Shown here: positions 31,224 through 39,836 of the stretch, piece after piece
Layout of the letters: every line of letters begins with the position of its first letter
How positions within the stretch are numbered: position 1 is the stretch's first letter
Assembly: GCA_963848965.1 (NCBI GenBank)
Contig: CAWKFG010000004.1
Location: forward strand, 480,001-544,000
DNA from: an uncultured bacterium
Lineage (GTDB): Bacteria; Babelota; Babeliae; Babelales; Babelaceae
Reading direction: 5' to 3'
Length of the DNA: 64,000 bases
The notes under the pieces: generated by a model
The model's input: the letters and a program-made list of their open reading frames with translations, nothing else
Told to the model about the DNA's origin: nothing
Databases searched by the model: none
Position numbers and translations under genes: made by a program

Positions 31224-31248
31224 AAGAAGGGCCTATAAGGCCCTTCTT
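31224..31248. terminator. Bidirectional intrinsic terminator
   Basis: AAGAAGGGCCT-ATA-AGGCCCTTCTT. Confidence 0.8.
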
Positions 31249-31431
31249 TGTTTACATAGTACAACCGAATAAATGCATAACGATATTGCTCTTATAATAG
31301 ATAATGCTAAGCTTACAGAAACTTTTTATCTATATAAAGATGCCTCATATAAGGATGGTATAAATCATAGCCAAGATCCTCTTGCCAAAGAGAGAACCAT
31401 TTTAGCTAAGCAAAAAGAAAAAACTCAAAAA

Positions 31432-32100
31432 TCATAAATTTACGATGAGCTCTTTTATTTGCTGAGCTATCTCTTTGGCACTATTTTTTTGAGAGTTTAC
31501 CCGTAAATCATAGGTTTTTGTTCCATAGACGGTAAAATAATGACTACGCGCATGTCCTTTAGGAGAAGTTCCACGAGCGTCTTCACGCTGTTCTAGCGTT
31601 TCTAAAGGAATATCTACTGCAATATAATAGGTTTTAAAGTCTTTAAGTTGCTTTTCAAGGTCTTGAAACCACTCTTTCTTGTAAGCAATATAGTCAACAA
31701 TAACATTGCAACCGCTCTTGGCATATGCTGCAATAGCGCTATTCATACCGTATGCTACCTTATCTCCTTCTGGGCCTACAAAAAGTGTGATAACGTTACT
31801 ACCTTCAGCATCCTTTGAGCTTTCTATCCAACGGATAGGGTTTTGTGACTGCCAAAAATTCATATTCTCTAGATTAATCTCTGGCAATACACCGTCAAAG
31901 AGACTATCAATACCAACTCTAATCCATAAGTTTGGCATCATAAGCTTTTGAAATTCCTTTTGTATAGAACTTTTACCTGATCCTGAAGGACCGTTAAGAA
32001 TAATTACGCGTCCCGATATCGTTTTCGTTTTGTTAAAGCTGAACATAGCAATAAGCCCTATAGTACTTAAAGCGAAAAGAAAAATTATAATATTTTTCAT
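31432..32100 (-). CDS. Chloramphenicol phosphotransferase-like P-loop kinase with N-terminal hydrophobic segment
   Basis: IILNGPSGSGKSS, GID, NVIVD, LEQREDARG and YDLRVNS motifs. Confidence 0.8.
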   Translation of the reverse strand: MKNIIIFLFALSTIGLIAMFSFNKTKTISGRVIILNGPSGSGKSSIQKEFQKLMMPNLWIRVGIDSLFDGVLPEINLENMNFWQSQNPIRWIESSKDAEGSNVITLFVGPEGDKVAYGMNSAIAAYAKSGCNVIVDYIAYKKEWFQDLEKQLKDFKTYYIAVDIPLETLEQREDARGTSPKGHARSHYFTVYGTKTYDLRVNSQKNSAKEIAQQIKELIVNL

Positions 32101-32172
32101 AAGCTCCTCTATGTTTTACTTACTTTATGCTTATATTTAACTTTATACCTTTATTTAAAAAAATGTCAAAAA

Positions 32173-32722
32173 TCAATTCCTATTGTTTAAGTTAGCCTTA
32201 CAAGATAAAAATTGTTCTAACCGTGCTAATACCTCAGGCATATTTGCTCTACCAAATCCTATTCTAAAATGATTTGATGCAACATTATAGACAGAATCAG
32301 GGAGCAAAAGAGTATCTACTTGTTTGGCAATTCGCTGACAAAAAGAATCAACTGATTCTGTACTCTTGTACTTTACAAAACCAGTACAACCTCCTTGTGG
32401 ACGAACCCATCAAAAAAGATCTGCATAGTGTTCAAAAAACCTATCAAGTAACGTAAGATTGGTATGCACAATAGCATTATTGCGTTTTAATATGATATCT
32501 TTGTTTTGAAGTGCAATTAAACTAAGAATCTCTGAAAGACCGCCATTACAGATGGTTATATAATAGCGATTTTGCACTATTTTTTGTAATATCTCTTCAT
32601 TCTGAGATACAATCCATCCAATACGCAAACCAGGAAGACCAAAAGATTTACTCATAACATCTAACGATATTCCTTTAGCATAGAGGCAAGCTGCAGGTAG
32701 AGCCCATCCTTTTTGAGGTAGC
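32173..32722 (-). pseudogene. 5'-truncated duplicate of the adjacent aminotransferase 3' half
   Basis: High nucleotide similarity to about 33555-34065; in-frame TGA at 32410-32412 (ADLF*WVRP versus ADFFLWVRP). Confidence 0.85.
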
Positions 32723-32833
32723 CTACAACACTTCTAAGAAAATAATCCTAATAAAAACTTTTTATATCTCTTGTTTTAAACATTTAAATTTATTTATACT
32801 CTAGTATATAATTAATAACAAAAGGGGTCTCAT

Positions 32834-33421
32834 ATGAAAAATTTTTATTACTTTATTTATTTATCTCTTACTTTTACAGCAAGCCATGCTCTCTATAGCA
32901 TGGAACCGACTCGACCTTCACTATCTATTGGGTCTGAGGAATGGCTTAAAGAGCAAGCAGAAATACTTCGTAAGAATGTAATAGAAAGGGGTATTATTAA
33001 TATGTATATAGACCCGGCGAAAGCACACTCTATACAAGCAGCTTCACCAAGCATAGGCATTGAAGATCTTTTTAGCAAACTTCAACCATCTATAGAACTT
33101 ACTAAAGCATTTACTCATATTACACCTTCTAAAGTATGGGTAATTGGTACTCGAGGACCGGATGCCCTATTACTACTCTATAATCAAATGGGTCAACTAG
33201 ATACAAGTTTTTTTAACCCTCAGAAAACAGATCATTATCTTATGCCAGGCGTTATGACTATTAACTCTGTAATGTTAGGTATAGATCCATCAACTATTAA
33301 ATCAATAACTATAACGAATATTGAGGAAGATTCTACGACAAAAACAGTAAACGGAACCCTTCAGATAACTCTTAATCCACCGCATAATCAAACCATAACA
33401 AGGTATTTTACGTTATCTTAA
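32834..33421 (+). CDS. Hypothetical exported protein
   Basis: Signal peptide ...LYS|MEP; GQLDTSF motif reminiscent of delta-60 repeats. Confidence 0.7.
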   Translation: MKNFYYFIYLSLTFTASHALYSMEPTRPSLSIGSEEWLKEQAEILRKNVIERGIINMYIDPAKAHSIQAASPSIGIEDLFSKLQPSIELTKAFTHITPSKVWVIGTRGPDALLLLYNQMGQLDTSFFNPQKTDHYLMPGVMTINSVMLGIDPSTIKSITITNIEEDSTTKTVNGTLQITLNPPHNQTITRYFTLS

Positions 33422-33497
33422 TAGATTACCTTTCACAGCCAGATCTAAAAAGTAAAATGTGCGCAAAGTCAAAGAAGTGAAGCATAGGAAAGGCTCA

Positions 33498-34658
33498 TTA
33501 TATACTATGCTTCCTCACTGAGGTTATGCTAGACGAAAAAGATTCATTTAAAATGAATCGTTCTAACTGTGCTAATGCTTCGGGCATATTTGCTCTACCA
33601 AAACCTACTCTAAAATGATTTGATGCAATATTGTATACAGAACCAGGGAGCAAAAGAGTATCTACCTGTTTGGCAACTCGCTGACAGAAAGAATCAACCG
33701 ATTCAGTGCTCTGATATTTTACAAAACCTGTACAACCTCCTTGTGGACGAACCCATAAAAAGAAATCTGCATATTCTTCAAAAAACCTATCAAGTAACGT
33801 AAGATTGGAATTCACAATAGCATTATTGCGCTTTAATATAATCTCTTTATTTCGAAGTGCTATGAGGCTAAGAATTTCTGAAGGTCCACTATTGCAAATG
33901 GTTGTGTAATAGCGATTTTGAACTATTTTTTGTAATATCTCTTCATTTTGGCACGCAATCCATCCAATACGTAAACCAGGCAAGCCAAAGGATTTACTCA
34001 TAACACCTAATGATATTCCTTTTGCGTAAAGAGATGCTACAGAAGCAGCCCAGCCCTCTTGAGGAGCACCAAGCAGGCGATACACTTCATCAGAAAATAA
34101 CCAAATACCATGATCTTCAAGTAATGTTACCAGCTGAGTCAATTCAGCAGGCGTCATTACCTGTCCAGTAGGATTGTGTGGAAAATTAATAATAACGCAT
34201 TTAGTGTTTGGCTTAATAGCCTCTTTAAGAGCATGTATATCAATGCGCCAGTTATTTTCTTCCTTAAGCTCAATCGTCGTAAGCTCGGAACCCACAAACC
34301 TTGGTATTTCCATGAGAGACTGATAGCACGGTGTAAAAACAATAACATGATCTTGTGGTGTACAGAGAGTAAGGAGGCTGCAAAAAATTCCTTCTTCTGC
34401 GCCTGCAAAACATAAAATATTACGTGCATTTAAACCTGGATATAACTGTTGTGCTATGGTTTCACGTAATAAGGGGAGTCCTCTTGTCTCTGTGTAACCT
34501 AACCGTTGAGTATCCCACAATAACTTCTCTTCTGAAGTTGCCATCTCTAATAATTCTTTAAGAGACCAACTTTCTGCGTCTGAACTACTAAGCATATATT
34601 TTGTTGTAAACTCGTATTTTGCATAATAATCTTCTAGTTTAAAAGTCTTAAATTGCAT
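33498..34658 (-). CDS. PLP-dependent class I/II aminotransferase (capreomycidine-synthase-like subgroup)
   Basis: NFPHNPTG, FSDEVYR and MSKSFGLPGLRIGW (PLP lysine). Confidence 0.9.
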   Translation of the reverse strand: MQFKTFKLEDYYAKYEFTTKYMLSSSDAESWSLKELLEMATSEEKLLWDTQRLGYTETRGLPLLRETIAQQLYPGLNARNILCFAGAEEGIFCSLLTLCTPQDHVIVFTPCYQSLMEIPRFVGSELTTIELKEENNWRIDIHALKEAIKPNTKCVIINFPHNPTGQVMTPAELTQLVTLLEDHGIWLFSDEVYRLLGAPQEGWAASVASLYAKGISLGVMSKSFGLPGLRIGWIACQNEEILQKIVQNRYYTTICNSGPSEILSLIALRNKEIILKRNNAIVNSNLTLLDRFFEEYADFFLWVRPQGGCTGFVKYQSTESVDSFCQRVAKQVDTLLLPGSVYNIASNHFRVGFGRANMPEALAQLERFILNESFSSSITSVRKHSI

Positions 34659-34667
34659 GATTATCCT

Positions 34668-34850
34668 TTTTAAAGTCTCGTAAATAAGTGAACTATCTCC
34701 ACCTAAGAGGTGGAGGCTGCCTAAGAACTCCTGAGCAACCTCAGGATATTGATTAGGCTATCCCCGTGATCCCCACGGTTCTAATATTTCTAGCAGCATT
34801 GATATCTCTCTCTTGAGAGTACCCACAATGCTGACAATCATACCATCTTT
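34668..34850 (-). ncRNA. Predicted TnpB omegaRNA (scaffold from tnpB 3' end to the right end, plus flanking guide); 5' boundary approximate
   Basis: Established TnpB architecture; hairpins CCTGAG..CTCAGG and CTCCACC..GGTGGAG; guide would read UUAUUUACGAGACUUUAAAA. Confidence 0.55.
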
Positions 34851-35981
34851 CTGATAGTTCTAGACTTTCTTTTATACTACCGCATGAAGAACACATCTTT
34901 GATGAAGGAAACCATTTGTCTATCTTTATAAGCTGTTTGCCTCTCTCTGCCAATTTATAGCCAAGCATAAAAACAAATTTGCCCCATCCGTTATCATGAA
35001 CAGATTTGCCAAAGTTTAAGGCCTGGCTCATTGCTTGCATATTAAGGTCTTCTAGTATAATGGCATCATATAACTCTACTAATGTATAGCTCAGTTTATG
35101 AAGAAAGTCATTACGTAGACACGTTATGTGCTCATAAAACCGTGCAAGTTTAAGTCGAGCCTTATGCCAGTTTTTACTTCCTTTTACTTTACGAGAAAGA
35201 GATTGGCACAACTTTACGAGTTTCTCTTCTGCTTTACGGTAGTATCTTGGATAATTGGCTTTCTTACCCTCACTACTTACGTATAAAGAAGTCATTGAAT
35301 AATCTAATCCTAGTACTTTATCTAAAGCTATTGGTACTTGCTCTTGGTATGATATACCTTCAACAACAATGCTTATGTAATAATTATCAGATGCTGTTTG
35401 TGTTACCGTACATCTTTTTATCTTTTCATGAGTCTTTATCTGCCTATGCATAACCATCTTAACAAAACCAATTTTAGGCAACCGAATGTAATTACTTTCA
35501 ATACGAATAGCGTCTGATGCCTCTTGGTTATTCGTTGTATAACTCTTCTTAGCATACTTTTTATTCTTGAAATGAGGAAACTGCGCTAACCCATTAGAAT
35601 AACGTTTAACAGCTTGTTTAAGAAAAAGCTGAACATTAGCAAGAGCAAGGCTATCTACTTCTTTAAGAAAAGAGAATATATTTTTAAATTGAGCAGGAGT
35701 AAGAATAAAGCCATGCTGGATAAGGCAAGCAAGGAGCTTATTCCAGATAAAGCGAGTACAACCAAAAGTCTTGGCAAAGAGTATGCGCTGCCCTTTAGTA
35801 GGCAAAAGCCTAAATTTGTATGCTTTATTATACTTTTTCATTATTTACCATTCTTGCAAATAATTAAGCATATACTAGTAGTTTATAGCAGTAATATGAA
35901 AGAAGCAATAGGGGTTCTAGTGCACATTTTTGCGATTCATCCCCTACTTACAGAAGATAGGGGACTGCTCGCTTCCCCTTG
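34688..35981 (-). mobile_element. IS200/IS605-family (IS1341-like, tnpB-only) element
   Basis: Left end follows TTTAA (minus strand) with subterminal hairpin CCCCTA..TAGGGG; right end ...CTCCACCTCTTAGGTGGAGATAGTTCAC; no tnpA. Confidence 0.85.
34753..35841 (-). CDS. tnpB: RNA-guided endonuclease TnpB
   Basis: KAYKFRL..FGCTRFIWN N-terminus; RuvC GLD, LEDL and RDINAA; Zn finger CSSC..CQHC. Confidence 0.95.
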   Translation of the reverse strand: MKKYNKAYKFRLLPTKGQRILFAKTFGCTRFIWNKLLACLIQHGFILTPAQFKNIFSFLKEVDSLALANVQLFLKQAVKRYSNGLAQFPHFKNKKYAKKSYTTNNQEASDAIRIESNYIRLPKIGFVKMVMHRQIKTHEKIKRCTVTQTASDNYYISIVVEGISYQEQVPIALDKVLGLDYSMTSLYVSSEGKKANYPRYYRKAEEKLVKLCQSLSRKVKGSKNWHKARLKLARFYEHITCLRNDFLHKLSYTLVELYDAIILEDLNMQAMSQALNFGKSVHDNGWGKFVFMLGYKLAERGKQLIKIDKWFPSSKMCSSCGSIKESLELSERWYDCQHCGYSQERDINAARNIRTVGITGIA

Positions 35982-36011
35982 TTAAAAAACCTTAAAGTTT
36001 CCTTGTAAGAA

Positions 36012-36045
36012 TGTAACAAAATATGTATACTTATTTGTATACAAA
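36012..36045. promoter_or_regulatory. Likely TA-operon operator
   Basis: Palindrome TTTGTATACAAA (36034-36045) plus related TGTATAC and TGTAACA boxes upstream of the antitoxin. Confidence 0.55.
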
Positions 36046-36066
36046 ATCCAACTAAAAGAGGCTTTT

Positions 36067-36315
36067 ATGTCAAAAATGGTAAGATTATCCCATAATGCAG
36101 CTGAAGATCTTGAAAACATATCAAATCTAACAGGTAAATCCAAACAATCAATTATTGAAAAAGCTCTCAGTAAATTATATAGAGAAGAATTTTTAAAAAA
36201 AACAAATGAAGAATTCGAAATCTTAATAGCTGACCCTCAACTATGGGGAGAAGAATTAAAAGAGCGTGAATTATGGGATGCCACATTAAATGATGGGTTA
36301 GACCCTTATGAATAA
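36067..36315 (+). CDS. Antitoxin (ribbon-helix-helix-like) of a MazEF-type pair
   Basis: Small acidic protein overlapping the toxin start; C-terminal 'WDATLNDGL'. Confidence 0.8.
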   Translation: MSKMVRLSHNAAEDLENISNLTGKSKQSIIEKALSKLYREEFLKKTNEEFEILIADPQLWGEELKERELWDATLNDGLDPYE

Positions 36316-36658
36316 TAAAATAATAGTACGAGGAGATGTGTGGCTTGTAGATTTAGATCCTACAGTAGGCCATGAGCAGGCAAAAAAAAGACCGTGTATT
36401 GTTATTTCTGCAGATTTATTTAATAAAGGCAAGCACGGATTAGCTGCAATAATGCCCTTAACATCAAAATATAAGCCTTTATCTTGGTTGGTAAAAATTG
36501 AACCACCCGAGGGTGGTTTAAAAGTAGTCTCTTACGCTATAGGCTACCAAATAAGGGTAGTCTCAATTGATAGGTTCCTTGGTAAAAGCCTTGGGCGTTT
36601 ACAACCTAGAACTATACAAGAAATCGAGCAAAAGCTCCGTATCTTATTAGCTCTTTAA
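36308..36658 (+). CDS. mazF: PemK/MazF-family toxin
   Basis: RGDVWLVDLDPTVGHEQAKKRPCIVIS...PLTSK...QIRVVSIDR. Confidence 0.92.
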   Translation: MNNKIIVRGDVWLVDLDPTVGHEQAKKRPCIVISADLFNKGKHGLAAIMPLTSKYKPLSWLVKIEPPEGGLKVVSYAIGYQIRVVSIDRFLGKSLGRLQPRTIQEIEQKLRILLAL

Positions 36659-36659
36659 A

Positions 36660-36792
36660 AAAGAAAAAGCTCAAATTGCAGAGCGTCTGTCAAAAATAAA
36701 AACTGACGATTATTTCGGTGACCATAAAGATGTTGCTGAGTATATTTGAGAGTTAAGATGGAAAAATGGTCGAAGGCTTTATTATGCATACA
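36660..36792 (+). pseudogene. RelE/ParE-superfamily toxin remnant
   Basis: QIAERLSKIKTDDYFGDHKDVAEYI*ELRWKNGRRLYYAY; no start; TGA at 36747. Confidence 0.65.
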
Positions 36793-37301
36793 AGAAAGAT
36801 AAGAAATGTAGTTTACCGGATTATGCTACCCATGTTATTGGGGTTGCAGGCTTAGTAATTGATAAAAACAGTAATGTTTTAGTTGTGAAAGAAAAGTATA
36901 AACCTGAATTAGGGTACAAACTACCTGGAGGTGGCGTTGAAAGAGGAGAAGATCTCTGGGCTGCTGCACTAAGAGAAGTAGAAGAAACAGGAATTAAGAC
37001 AAAATTTTTGGGCGTAATAGCTTGGCGCCAAAGCCACCCTTTCGCTAATGATCATGTAACTGACCTTTATTTTGCCTGTTTACTAGAGCCTACTACCGAT
37101 AAAATTATCATACAAGAAAGCGAAATAATAGAGGCTTTATAGATGCCTTATAATCAATTCAAAGCGTTAGCTAAAAATTCCTGCGCTCAATTTTTAGCTG
37201 CTTACGAGGCTACTCAGCACCCTCAAATACTCTTTAAAGTTACACTAGATGGTTCACGATCCCAGATAGAGCTTTATGCTCACCCTGAAACTAAGATATA
37301 A
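36793..37301 (+). pseudogene. NUDT6-like Nudix hydrolase fragment
   Basis: LPDYATHVIGVAGLVID..VLVVKEK..KLPGG..REVEETG; 5' truncated, Nudix box one residue short, internal TAG at 37140. Confidence 0.75.
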
Positions 37302-37304
37302 GTA

Positions 37305-38198
37305 TTACGCACCAAGCTGACATATATTTGCTTGCGTTACATTTTGCGGCAACTTTGACAATGATTCTTTTACTTCGTCTTCACTTAACCACTTTTCGTG
37401 CTTGACTAAGTAATCCAACTGAAATTTTGCTATATCATAATCTAATGTATTTGCTATAGTGTCAGCCCGTGTGTAATGGAAACCCTGAAACGAGATCTTA
37501 CGCGTTATGGCTTCATCTCTTACTGATAGCACGTTTTCCAGCCTATCATCAAAAAAGATTATAGTGCCCGGTTTATAGTTTAGCTCATCAAGGAGAGCTC
37601 CTAAGACTATCCCTTTATCTTCTTCATTTGAAAGTAATATACCGTTATAAAAAGTAGGATAAGCATTAAAACGCCAAGGAAACTGCTTGAAAGTCAAATT
37701 TTGACTAAAGCTTGAATGAAAATTTAAGCCTAATCTTTCAAGTTGAGCGAAACGATATTCTGCCAAACTCTCAATCTTGCCATAAGGCCCTGCCTGCATT
37801 TTCGTTAATGCGATAACTTTAACGTTTTTATCCTGCAACATTTTTATTGCAGTAACAATATGCGGCTCTATAATCTCTCGCTTTGCTTGCAATAAGACAT
37901 TGCTCCAAATATGTTCAACTCTGTCACCAACAGCTTTTTCAAATTCTTGCTTAAGATCTCTCCCTTTACCCTCTAAAAAGAATTTGGGTAAATGTATCCT
38001 ATCAGTAGGTATAATTAATGTCTCATCTACATCAAAAATAACAAGGGTTTGGCTATCTACTTTCTCTAAGATATGTTTTACTTCCTCTATTGAATTTATC
38101 TGGCTAATAGTATGATCATGAGCTACTAACATACAAAAGAACATCAATACGGTAAGCAAAACCAGAGTCTTTAGTTTATACAGAGAGAGCGTCTCCAT
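37305..38198 (-). CDS. DUF2608 (HAD-like) exported protein
   Basis: VIFDVDETL, IALT, KG and IIFFDD HAD motifs; signal peptide. Confidence 0.85.
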   Translation of the reverse strand: METLSLYKLKTLVLLTVLMFFCMLVAHDHTISQINSIEEVKHILEKVDSQTLVIFDVDETLIIPTDRIHLPKFFLEGKGRDLKQEFEKAVGDRVEHIWSNVLLQAKREIIEPHIVTAIKMLQDKNVKVIALTKMQAGPYGKIESLAEYRFAQLERLGLNFHSSFSQNLTFKQFPWRFNAYPTFYNGILLSNEEDKGIVLGALLDELNYKPGTIIFFDDRLENVLSVRDEAITRKISFQGFHYTRADTIANTLDYDIAKFQLDYLVKHEKWLSEDEVKESLSKLPQNVTQANICQLGA

Positions 38199-38249
38199 TT
38201 AGATCCTTTCAATAGAATTTGCATATAGTTTATTAAGTGGCTCTGAAGT

Positions 38250-38620
38250 TAAACTTTCAGCCTTGAAGCTTTATTGCCTTTACCAAAAAATCCTTCTTTC
38301 GGATTAGCTTTAGCATCACTGAAAACTTTAAACCGATAATCAAGCTTCGGCCTTGCTCAAATACACTATTGTTAGGTTGTATTGTAAGGCGATTCAACAC
38401 TTCCTGGTCAAAATCGTACTTACATTACTTAAAAAAAGCAAGGCTCATCTATTATGCGTTTTATGATGCTAGCTTTGAGATAATCTATATCTTGCAAACG
38501 GTAACGCTTAGAAATAATACCATTTCTTAAAGCATAGGCATTTTTTAATGAGTGTGAAAAAGTCGCGCAAGCCGCGCGATAATCATATGGCCTATCTATT
38601 TTTACTATTACTCTGGGCCA
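38250..38620 (-). pseudogene. Possible fragmented ORF of unknown function
   Basis: Two ~60-codon open stretches (PRVIVKIDRPYDY..., KYDFDQEVLNRL...) offset at a T-run. Confidence 0.3.
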
Positions 38621-38802
38621 AATTTACAATATCCCTCAAGTGACTAATTCACCTAAAAAATCAGCATATCCTAATGAGATAGCAAAGATCTGCGTTAATT
38701 TCTGCAACCAGCGGTTGCAGTTTTATTTGTTTAGTAAAGCACTAGTGATTTACAGCCAAAAGCTATGAAAGTATTTTTGCAAATAAATTGATTCCTCTTT
38801 CT

Positions 38803-38942
38803 GCGCTCTTTAGGGCTTCCCTCCTACGCCTATTGGGCTACGGCGGTTAACCTTCGCTTGGGTTATCCATATTATTCACTACTTTAAACCAATCACTTAA
38901 AGAAACTGGCCTGCCAACTGAAGCTTTAGCGAAGGTTGGCGT
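38803..38942. repeat. REPIN-like double-hairpin module, copy A
   Basis: CCTCCTACGC..GCTACGGCGG-AACCTTCGCT-spacer-TGGCCTGCCAACTGAAGCT..AGCGAAGGTTGGCGT. Confidence 0.85.
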
Positions 38943-38972
38943 TACTTAGTTAATATGTTTAGAAACAACCAA
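38937..38972 (+). mobile_element. att-like junction with truncated orphan tail WRYLVNMFRNNQ
   Basis: TGGCGTTACTTAGTTAATATGTTTAGAAAC, homologous to the 41609 copy. Confidence 0.7.
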
Positions 38973-39150
38973 TTTAATGGATGCCGCTTTCTTTAACCGG
39001 CCAGGTGTAGTAAAACCGTTACTTGAACATGATGCTGATATTACTATTAAAAATGACGAAGGTAAAACAGCGTTAGATATAGCTCTAGAAAAGGGTAATA
39101 AAGAAATTGTTAAGCTTTTAGAGGATGTAATGGCTAAACAACAAAAGTAA
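38965..39150 (+). pseudogene. Ankyrin gene 3' fragment (last repeats plus terminal helix)
   Basis: TTNLMDAAFFNRPGVVKPLLEHDADITIKNDEGKTALDIALEKGNKEIVKLLEDVMAKQQK*. Confidence 0.8.
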
Positions 39151-39338
39151 GATAGAGGCTAGAGCTATAGCCCTTTTTTTATGCATGGTAAGTACCAGGA
39201 TCCTGTGGTTAGGAAGATTACTTGATTAGCCGAGGGGCCACAGGTATCTTAATGTAAAATCCAGAGTCCGATTTCGAATTTTACGAGAGGATATAGCAAG
39301 CGTTCCCCCTAGAGCTCCTATGTCCCTTGTGCTTTGTC

Positions 39339-39419
39339 TTGAATATTAAATTGGTAAAATGGTATAATAAGAGCTGAAGGTAAGAATTTTTCTTACCTTC
39401 AGCTTCCAAATTGGTAAAA
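39339..39419 (+). promoter_or_regulatory. Promoter-like sequence followed by a perfect 15-bp hairpin, bracketed by 12-bp direct repeats
   Basis: TTGAAT-N18-TATAAT (extended TG); AGCTGAAGGTAAGAA-TTT-TTCTTACCTTCAGCT; AAATTGGTAAAA at 39348 and 39408. Confidence 0.55.
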
Positions 39420-39445
39420 GTTAAAAATTAAGTGTAGAAGTAATA

Positions 39446-39658
39446 GGATCTACAGCTTTAATGGTTGTATCAAGAAGCAATTATCCTCAAAGAGTACTAC
39501 AAATAGCAAAACTGTTACTTGATCATGGTGCTGACTCTAACATCAAAAACCGAGAAGGCTTAACAGTGTTAGATAGTGTCCAACAAAAAGGTAATCAAGA
39601 AATTATTAAACTTTTAAAAGAGGCGATAGCTAAATGGCAAAAAAGTAAAACAGGCTAG
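39446..39658 (+). pseudogene. Second ankyrin gene 3' fragment
   Basis: GSTALMV..IAKLLLDHGADSNIKNREGLTVLD..GNQEIIKLLKEAIAKWQKSKTG*. Confidence 0.8.
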
Positions 39659-39836
39659 GATTATAAACCTTATTACCTTGATTATATTCTGATTATTATG
39701 CCCGGCAAGTGATGCTGATAAAAAGGTGGTGATTACCGTAATTTATGATATTAATTATCAGAATTTGCACATCATTAAAGGATAGGAAGTTTTTGCTTCT
39801 CCTTGGGATCTTAGTAGGAAGAATCCTTGAGGATAT

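Noticed and set aside
32173..34658. Aminotransferase duplicate (or the ankyrin fragments) as DGR template/variable repeats
   Set aside because: Differences involve all four bases and are mostly synonymous rather than adenine-specific; no reverse transcriptase in the window.
35247..35985. ORFs opposite tnpB as a possible tnpA
   Set aside because: No HUH or catalytic Tyr motif, and no serine-recombinase motif; they are antisense shadows.
36660..37301. Stop-codon reassignment suggested by in-frame TGA/TAG at Trp-like positions
   Set aside because: Both TGA and TAG terminate intact genes here (prmC and gspE end in TGA, mutL in TAG), TGG is used normally, and the affected genes are also truncated.
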